Source: Lytechinus pictus (lineage: Eukaryota). From it: a stretch of DNA of 64,000 bases. The position numbers and the translations under genes are program-made. Location: assembly GCF_037042905.1 (NCBI RefSeq), contig NC_087252.1, positions 21,144,001-21,208,000 on the forward strand, in the 5' to 3' direction. Numbering within the stretch: the first letter of the stretch is position 1; the number at the start of each line of letters is the position of its first letter. Positions 55,106-64,000 of the stretch are shown one piece after another. The notes under the pieces are model-generated. The model was not told the origin of the DNA and searched no databases. It was given only the letters and a program-made list of their open reading frames with translations.

Positions 55106-55760
55106 TATATATATATATATATAAAACAGATATAGAAAGACACGAACTGCTTTCGAGAAAACCACAATTTGCAATTCACGTCTTATATCTTGAAATAAAC
55201 TTTGTTTATCATTCGTTAACTACTAATGAATACTTCCATAATCTGTACACACTAAGAAATCTCATATGGATGAGAGATGGAACAGGTCTGTAAGATGATT
55301 TGTGCTGACATTCTCAGAAGAAGGGACTAAATTTCACTTTTCTATCATATGTTTCGTGGATCATACTTTAGTATGTAGAAGTGTGTGAATGACTTTACCT
55401 TCCAGGGATGTCTTTCTGTTTCGAAGCCACTTCTGTTGACTATTATCAGTGAAATACAAATTGGCTTTCAACCATTTTGGAGTCCATATTTTGTGCTTCA
55501 GTCCCACTTGCTCAGTTTGATGTGGTTTCTACCTGATTTTGTCCAGCTTTAGTAGATGTCCAGATGTATGTACTCTGGTGAAATCTGCGCTTCTTTGTTT
55601 GTGTCACAACTACATTGTCTACATATTCTATTCATCGGTGTTATCTTCAAATAATGTACTCGATTCACCAGTGCTATCTTCAGGAGACGAATTCTATTCA
55701 TTAGTGCTATCTTCTGGAGACCAATTATTCAGCAGTCCATTGTTACACTTCTTAGCAACC

Positions 55761-56523
55761 ATGGCTGACAATGAAGCGCCAATCACCAGAGCACGAGCAA
55801 AAGAACAAATTGTTAACTCAACATTGATACAAGAAATTGTGAAAGACATTATACAAAATGATCGCTTTACAAGCCTTGTTGAAGAATCGGTTAACAAAAG
55901 GATGAATGAAATGGAAGTCGCAATAGAAAAGCAAAAGGCTGAAATATTTGATTTACAGAATTCCAATGAGAGTAAGTCTAAGGAAATCTCAAAGCTGAGA
56001 GAAAGGGTAGAAATCCAACAAACACAAATACAAAGACTTGATAACTTGACAAACAAACAGGAGCAATACTCCAGAAAAAAACTGTTTGAGGCTATTCGGA
56101 TGCACTGAAAGGAAAGGTGAAAACACTGACAAAATAGTAATGGACTTAGTAACAGGCGTATTGAAGGTTGATCTCACTCTTGATGATATAGAGAGAAGCC
56201 ACAGAGTAGGAAAGCGAAAGGAGGAGACATGAGGAAAAGTTGCACCAAGAGGGATCATCATCAAATTTAAGTCGTATCGGAAAAGACAAGAGGTACTAGC
56301 TCATCGAAGAAAACTCAAAGGAATGAAGAAATCTCTGGTAGAGGACTTGACGCAAAGAAATCAAGAACTTCTTAATCGCGTCAAAAGAGCTAGTCCTGTC
56401 GTCATGGACGCCTGGAGTGCAGATGGTCGCATTATCGCGGTACTGACAGAGACTGATGGTGATGGTAAGCATCTGAAACGAGTAATTCAAAGCATCGAAC
56501 AAGTAAAATCTCTCAACAAATAA
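55761..56523 (+). pseudogene. LINE ORF1 (coiled coil plus L1-like RRM), disrupted
   Basis: MADNEAPITRARAK...EQYSR, frameshift in an A-run near 56078, then DIERSHRVG, an in-frame TGA near 56230, PRGIIIKF, EDLT. Confidence 0.85.
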
Positions 56524-56857
56524 GAACTGGAAGCAAAGTGAGCTTTAAGTCTGACTGAATACACTTCAACATTTTGTTGTTCCTGGAAGGATACTTATTC
56601 ACCAGATAATTGTATTTATATTTCTTTGCGAACTGATCATTAACTGTTCTATTTATCTTGACATTGTTGTTGTTTTTTAATGATATTTACATTGTTTTGT
56701 TTGTTGTGGCTTTTTTTTGCTTTTCTTTGTGTTTTTTTTTCCTTTCTTTCTTTTTGTATCCTATATATCACACTGTGTGGCTTGAACTTCAAAATGTATT
56801 GTAATTTTAGAAAACACTTGCAGCAGTATATTCATAATTATCTTACCATCTCTTACT

Positions 56858-59786
56858 ATGATGATGTCAGATAGATTTCCTTTTGAGTCCCCCTATATAA
56901 CCCCCAATGAATTAAATACTAGTAAACATTCAAATAAGGAAAATCTCTCCATGATTCATATAAATTGTAGGAGCCTTAAGAAAAAATTTAATTCCCTAAG
57001 TATGTATCTTGACTGTTTTAATAATAAATTTTCAGTTATAGGTTTAACTGAAACCTGGCTGAAAGACGGTGACTGTTCTTTTTTAAATATTTATAATCAT
57101 GCCTTTCTTGCCAAAAACCGTTCTCATAAACGTGGAGGTGGTGTTGGTATTTATATTCGTAATGACATAAGATTTATAAGGCGTACTGATCTTGAAATTA
57201 TAGATGATGCTTTAGAATACATCTGTATTGAAATTGTTCATTACAGGCATAACAAGGATCAAAATGTGCTAATATATGTCTTCTACAGACCTCCAGACAA
57301 ATCACTTCCAACTTTTTTTGATATTTTAGAGCAAATTTTACAAAATGTGTTATCTGAAAAGAAAAAAAATTACTTCCTTGGAGATTTTAATATCAACCTG
57401 TTATGTAATTCTGTGTCATCTGATACCTTTTTAGATTTATTATCATCTTTCTCGTTTACACCTTTAATTTCGAAGCCCACCCGAGTTACTCATGAGAGTG
57501 CGACACTAATTGATAATGTTTTTACCAATGTAAATAGCAACGTTTCTCTCTCGGGAGTCCTTACTTGTGATTTTAGTGATCACTGTGCAATATTTTTTAT
57601 TTCAAAATTTCGAGAGTGCAACATACACAATTCTTCTTGCCTAAAACGTGATATAAATTCTGATTCACTTTCACACTTCTGTACATAATTGGGCAAGCAA
57701 GATTGGGGATATATTTATGAGTTAATTGATGTTAATGACAGATTTAACAAATTTTTTAATAGATACAAGGAATTGTATAGTGAATGCTTCCCTTTCAAAG
57801 AAATTAAATGTAAAGTTAAACAGAATAAACCATGGTTTAATAGCAAACTACGCAAAATGTGTGTGAAGAAACATAATCTGTACCGAAAGTATATTAAAAA
57901 CCCATCATTATGTAAGAAAAATAAGTAAAAGGAGTGTCGAAATGCTTTTAACACTGAAGTGAGAAAGTGCAAAAGGAAATATTATATAAATAAATTCAAT
58001 CATTTAAATGGTGACATGAAAAAAACATGGCAAACAATTAACGAAGTTATGAATAAGCGTAACACCAAGGTACAATGTACAATGATTAAAGATGATAATG
58101 TAACAATAGAAGATACACAAGAAATTGCAAACCGGTTTAATAGCTATTTTAGTACAATAGGATCAAAACTTAATAATGACATGCCTTCAAGTGACATAGA
58201 TTTTTCATTTTACATGGAAAATAGAGTAAGTAATTCATTATTCATGTCTCCAGTGAGTATTTCTGACGTTATTGATGTCGTTAAATCTTTTAAAATCAAC
58301 AAGAGTCCTGGATCTGATGAAATTAGTATTGAAGTTTTCAAGAAATCTATTTATTTTATTATACATCCACTGTGCAATATTTTTAATTACTCACTAGACT
58401 TGGGAATATTTCCTGATCACTTGAAGGTAGCAAAAATAGTTCCGGTCTATAAAAAAGGTGAAAAAGCAATAATATTAAATTATAGGCCAATATCTCTTTT
58501 ATCTGTTTTTGCTAAAACATTTGAAAAAGTTGTTTATAACAAATTAATAAATTACATTGAAAAAAATAATATTTTGTATAAACGACAGTTTGGCTTTAGA
58601 CAGGGCCATTCAAGAAGTTCTGCACTTTTAGAATTTACCACTCATCTTGCCAGTGTTTTTGAGCAGAGAAAGCATTTAATTGGAATTTTTTAGATCTGTC
58701 GAAGGCGTTCGACTGTATTGATCATGCAATCTTATTGAAAAAATGGAATATTATGGCATAAGAGGAAATATTCACACATGGTTTGAAAGCTATCTTTTTA
58801 ATAGGAAACAATATGTATATACAGGAAATGTATCATCTCATGAAATGATTTTGAATACAGGGGTTCCGCAAGGATCGATCCTCGGCCCGTTGTTGTTTTT
58901 ATTATTTGTTAATGATTTTAATTATGTGAGTAACCATTTCCATTCTATTATGTCTGCAGATGATACACATTTATTCATTTCAGGTAAAAATTTAAATGAC
59001 ACAATTAACATTGCAAATTCTGAACTACAAAAAATTCATGGATGGTTTTTAGCGAATCGTTTATCAATTAATTTGGAGAAAACATCTTTTATGGTTTTTA
59101 AGTCCAAAAATTTTATAACAAATAATCCGGTACCAAAAATTCAAATTGGCAATTGTTTTATTAGAAAGGTAGAACAAACTAAATTCCTGGGAGTAACAAT
59201 TGATGAAAAACTCACCTGGAAAAACCATGTAAATGACATCTCCTCAAAAATAGCTAAGGCTATTGGTATGATCAACTGTATAAAATGTATTGTTCCTAGA
59301 AAAGTACTAGTGTTGTTATATAATACAATGATATTACCCCATTTATCATACTGCAATATTGTGTGGGGAAATTGTGGAATAACTATCTTAAATAGACTGT
59401 ATGTACTCCAAAAGCGTGCAATAAGGGTAATGTGTAATGTTCCACCACTCAGCCATAGCTCTCCTCTTTTTAAGAATTTAAATGTTTTAACAATTTTTCA
59501 ACTTAATAAATTGCAATTGGCAATATTCATGTATTCCTATTTTAAAGGTTTATTACCGTCAATTTTCAACAATTTGTTTACCCAAAATAGTGCAATTCAT
59601 TCTTACAGTACTAGGGCCAATGGGGATATACGTTTACCTTTATTGAAATTGAAGTTCTCAAGAACCACTATTATATTCATGGGTACTAAATGCTGGAACA
59701 GCATCCCACTTGAGCTACAATTATGTCCTACTTTGTCATCATTTAAAAGAAAATATAAATACTATATACTGCAAAATGATAATTAA
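56858..59786 (+). pseudogene. LINE ORF2 (AP endonuclease plus reverse transcriptase), disrupted
   Basis: GLTETW, GDFN, IDNVF, SDH; NYRPISLL, DLSKAFD, GVPQGSILGP, SADDT; stops at 57686 and 57926, frameshift near 58685. Confidence 0.95.
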
Positions 59787-61029
59787 TAGATTTTTGTAGA
59801 AACATGCTACAGTGTGTCAATCTCTCCTATTTACTATGCAATCTCATTTTCATTTCCTTTACAGTCTTTTCTCCTCACTCTTTCTCTTGCTATCTTGGCT
59901 TTGACATCTCTTCATAAAAATATGTTTAATTTGTATTTTAATCGTATGGGAATACCCTCGATAAGCCCCTGTGGCTTTTGGTGTTTCCACCATATTTCAA
60001 TTTGTTATGTATTTTTTATATGTATGTAAATTAGCCTTCTCTCACTTTCTTTTTTTAATAGGTGTTTTTCTGTATGTGATATATATGTATATATTCTTGT
60101 TTGTGATTTGATGATTATGTTTGTTTTTAATTGAATATGGAAATAAATGAAATGAAATGAAATGAAATGAAATCCTTGTGCAAATGGGGTGTTCGATACG
60201 TGCGTACACCTCGTAATACCATCGAGGTGCAAGTTAGCTCTTTTGCGAGAGTACGTGTCTGTTGTACACCCCTGTATTCCTTGCGCGCACCACACCAGTC
60301 TCGCTGATAGACGTATGGTATAGATAAAATTGATTTGTGATCGAAGATTACCCGAAATAACAATGCACTAACGCCAAACTTTACCCAAGTAAAATGATTT
60401 GTTATATATGTAATATATATGTGATGATAATTGTTTCAATTACACATTTGATTACGTATATAATTGGAGAAACAGTAAATAGAGCTACTTGAATCACAAC
60501 CATCAGCTCAAGTAAAAAAAAGAATCGGATCATGTCGCTAGAGACCTCAGCGCTTCTCGCTGGCATAGCGGGAAGAATCTTGCCTACAGATAAAACGAGG
60601 TAATTTCGAGTCCCAACTAAGGTAACTAAAAAATCGATACAGAAAGGGAATGGACCGGTAGTCTCGACAATCTTTTTGTTATTTTAGGTGGGGGTACATT
60701 ATGCACCCTAAGGGGTAGACGTGTACACCCTCTAAGGTGCAGATGGACATCCCAAATAGGGGTGCACACTGTACACCCCTATTCGGGGTGTACGTGTGCA
60801 CCGCTAGGGGTACTCCCGGGGGGTACTCGTATAGGGACAAGCCTGTGCACCCCTAGGGGTGTAAAATTGAACCCGAATTTTTTAGTGTGTAAGTTTCGTT
60901 CACAAGGAAATCTCGTGACCAGGACCCCGCCTTACTAATAGTCGCGATTGATCCGATCAACCACAGCTATGGACAGCCAGCTACGCCAAAATCTAAATGC
61001 ATATTTGTTCAATTTTATTTATCCAAAGC

Positions 61030-61713
61030 CCCTCCAAAAAGTTTGGAAATCTGACTTTGATCGATAATCCCTCCTCGGACTTAGTGAATATTAATGTCTG
61101 ATTGATATGAATAAATCTATCACTAATTGTCTTTAAAATGATACCCTACATGATATGATTGTGGTTCACATTGAGGAGCAGTGCCTTAAAATGTGGGGCA
61201 AGGTCAAAATTCAAAAGTTGCAAAATGACACAATATTGAAAGTCACTGTTCTTTTTCCGTGGTTATAAGTGAGTTCGGCGGTTTCTTTTGTTTTCATGCA
61301 CCTTAACATCAACATTAACATGGAGATCTGTGAGATCTCATGGTTTGAGTCGTGGTTTGAAATACCCATGCATTTTTGTTTGTTTGTTATGTGTTTGCTT
61401 GTGCAGATGCGTGTTTGATTCCATGTTAATGTTGATGTTAAGGTGCATGAAAACAAAAGAAACCGCTGAGAAGCTCACTCATCAGCACGAAAAAAAAACG
61501 AACAGTGACTTTCAATATTGTGTCATTTTGCAACTTTTGAATTTTGACCTTGCCCCACATTTCAAGGCACTGTGCACCTCCATGTGAACCATAATCATAA
61601 TCATGTAGCATATCATTTTAAAGAAAATTAAATGATCTTTTGAATGTTATCAAAGATGCATTATGTAAAATTGGAAGTTGGGAGAAGTTAATGACCAAAC
61701 TCAGATTTCCAAA
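61030..61713. mobile_element. Foldback MITE present only in the paralogue intron
   Basis: gtttggaaatctga / tcagatttccaaac ends; long inverted arms 61130-61325 versus 61420-61625. Confidence 0.8.
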
Positions 61714-61807
61714 CCTGGAAAGTGAGGTCAATTCATTAATAAAGTCAGGATAGTGATAGTGCAATAAGTGATCCTTAGTGGCTGAAAAAAATAAGGAAAT
61801 AACTCAC

Positions 61808-61828
61808 CATAATATTCCGGCACGGGTG
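61808..61828 (-). CDS. Receptor paralogue B: 21-nt microexon (PPVPEYY)
   Basis: cttttag|CACCCGTGCCGGAATATTATG|gtgagt. Confidence 0.7.
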
Positions 61829-62241
61829 CTAAAAGTGTGGAAGAAAAAATAGACAGATGATTCACAGATCAATGGATATTGTTGAATAATTCAAAGTACA
61901 TTATCCAAATCTGCCTTTTTAGGAAACATTTGAAGTAAATGACAATAAATTGAATTTAATTCTGTGAAAAACACTAATTGCGTTACAAAGAAAGGCACAA
62001 TTTCACTTATATTGAAGGAGGGAGAAAAAAACAAGATTGATAAATAGATCTAGATAGATAGGCATATGTATAGTAAGATAATATATATATATATATATAT
62101 GTATATAGATATATAGGTAGATAAATAGATAGATAGATAGATAAATAGATAGATTGATAGATGGATAGAAATGTAGATGGGGGGGGGAATAACTGAAGAA
62201 ATTAAATCCACCCTGCAAGGGGACACAGCTGATATACTCAC

Positions 62242-62505
62242 GGGCCGTTGAAGCTAGCTTGGACGCCACCACTCCTCTATCTGTGCGCAGCGTCAGGTTA
62301 TACATCTGGAACGGTTCTAAGCCTGTTAGGTTAATCCTGTTTATGTCATTCCTCTCCTTGCAGTCCTGACAGTTACAAGGAACCGTTGTATTCAAGATAT
62401 TAGAGGACGCATGGCTGTAGTAACAGTATTCAAGAGTAACGTTGTCAACGTCCCAAGAAAGGGTGAGACTGGACGACGTCACGTTTTCAACCTTAATTTC
62501 GCCAG
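62242..62505 (-). CDS. Receptor paralogue B: FN3 exon (may be pseudogenic)
   Basis: GEIKVENVTSSSLTLSW...LTGLEPFQMYNLTL..ASTA C|gtgagt; the homologous acceptor reads AC, and the next AG is in frame. Confidence 0.75.
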
Positions 62506-63702
62506 CTAGGCCCGAATCATGTAAAAAAAAAAAAAAAATCCGTGACTATATTTTGTACTTAAAGTTACAAATGTAATGACTAAAATGATATTCATTATTT
62601 GTTTGATTCTTTCTCCTGACAGAAAAAGGTTGATTTTCTTCTTTGAAGAACGACCAATACTGTTTTATTTTGATGAATGTTTATAAGAAAACTAGTGATA
62701 TGTTAACCAATTTTTATTTTTATTTTACAAAGTGGATTTTCCCTTCCAGGCCAAATACATGTACAAGAGATCCCGCAATGACATATGAGTTGGCAACCAT
62801 ATATTTCGAATTAATTGGTGTTTATATAAATGATAGACATCGTTTGCTCTTTTACAGGAAATTGCACATTTTTATAACCTTTTGTCAAACTATGGCAAAA
62901 CACAGGGGGGGGGGGTAAAAGAAATAAAGTTCAATTGAATCAACCGATGATAATATTAATCACATGCAAAGCATTAAGGCGAATATCATTATAGTAAAGA
63001 ACCTAATATAAGTCAGGAAAGAACATCAACAAACTAATAATTTCGCCAGTTTATAGTATTTACACTATCTATTGCATCATGCATCATACAGATTTTTCTT
63101 CTTTAAAGCTTGTAAATTGTTGGCGATTAGAAAAATAATTAACGAACCAGTCGTGCTGTATTCCCCGCACGCCATAGTGATTCAGTTTATGCAAAATGAT
63201 TTTATGACTTAAAGTGCCCACTGCCTTACTTAAATCAATCACTAGAGTAAACTATCTTTTAATCTAGGAAACAGAATTAAACGGCTACATCATCCAACGA
63301 AACCGACCACTAAGGAATAACGTAATAGCTTCGATTGGCCTGGGTTCGGTTGGTTGGTGTAAATGTAACGTTCGCAAGAAAGGCAAGCCTAAAACACTTC
63401 CATTTTAAGAAATGGCAGGTTGATTTATGAATAAAGCTTGTACGCGATAGGATTAATTTTTTTGGTTTAATCTCTAGTACGTGTAATAGATTGTAAACTT
63501 TGTAAACTTATGTCTTTCAATTGTTTTCATGTTCTCTCGTTCTTTTAGAAGCTTTGAATAGAGACATAAAGAGAGAGAAAAAAAAGATAGACATGCCTAC
63601 TTATCGTTTCTCGAATTCATGAATTTGACAGTTGATTAATATTCTTTTGCACTGTATACTTTATAGGCCTTGTATGATTTGAACTGCGAACGTATAACTT
63701 GC

Positions 63703-64000
63703 CTTTGATGTTCAATGTTACAGATGCGTTTTGGGATTTCGAAACATTTGCAACAAGAAAAGACACTCTGCATGTCAGATTCTTTCCGTGATTTTCCATC
63801 GGGATGAAGGAAAGAGAACTGGTTGCGTTGAATAGACTTGAACTGTTGTCTGGTATCCTGTGAAAACACGTGTCCCTTGTAAGGCTCACTTCATCAGGCC
63901 ACAGGGACCATTCGATGGTAGTGATAGGTGAAGGACAAACGTTGTAGATTGAGCAAGTTAGAATGGCAGCCTTCCCAGCGACCAAATCACCATTGCCTGA
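63703..64000 (-). CDS. Receptor paralogue B: Ig exon, 5' end beyond the window
   Basis: Open to the window edge: SGNGDLVAGKAAILTCSIYNVCPSP..EW..NHGKNLTCRV..LNIK G|gcaagt. Confidence 0.8.

Larger units (their letters stand above)
55456..60173 (+). mobile_element. Full-length but inactivated CR1/L2-group LINE (5' boundary approximate)
   Basis: 5' UTR with short tandem repeats, ORF1, APE-RT ORF2, aataaa followed by an (atgaa)n tail. Confidence 0.9.
55248..60889. mobile_element. CAC-ended (CACTA/EnSpm-like) non-autonomous transposon with TA TSD, containing a nested LINE
   Basis: atctgTA|cacactaagaaat...attttttagtgtg|TAagtttcg; the empty site atctgTAagtttcg is at 34085-34098; palindromic subterminal repeats at 60690-60870. 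Confidence 0.85.

Noticed and set aside
60690..60870. Short, regularly spaced palindromic repeats resembling a CRISPR array
   Set aside because: Eukaryotic context, no unique spacers; these are subterminal repeats of the CACTA-like element

Overview
AT-rich, repeat-dense metazoan DNA, most likely an echinoderm (sea-urchin-type MITE, SINE and LINE families). Most ORFs in the track are noise; the real genes are spliced and all lie on the minus strand. (1) Exon 1 (16618-16692) of a signal-peptide gene that looks like the APP/APLP2 orthologue, with a first intron of more than 16 kb. (2) A complete 7-exon type-I membrane receptor (27246-42059, about 560 aa): signal peptide, small Cys domain, Ig domain, FN3, 21-nt microexon, juxtamembrane domain, TM helix, and a cytoplasmic tail made of a duplicated 53-aa unit carrying paired YxxL (ITAM/ITIM-like) motifs. 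(3) The terminal exon of a WD40 gene (53236-53400), absent from the ORF track. (4) A diverged paralogue of the receptor (61808 to beyond 64000) whose TM/tail exons are not found in the window. At the breakpoint that truncates the paralogue sits a 405-bp-period partial tandem repeat containing a fully paired 72-nt tRNA cloverleaf with a UCA (UGA-reading) anticodon and a T6 terminator. The rest is a decayed full-length CR1/L2-group LINE nested in a CACT-ended DNA transposon, L2 fragments, SINEs, many MITEs and a minisatellite.
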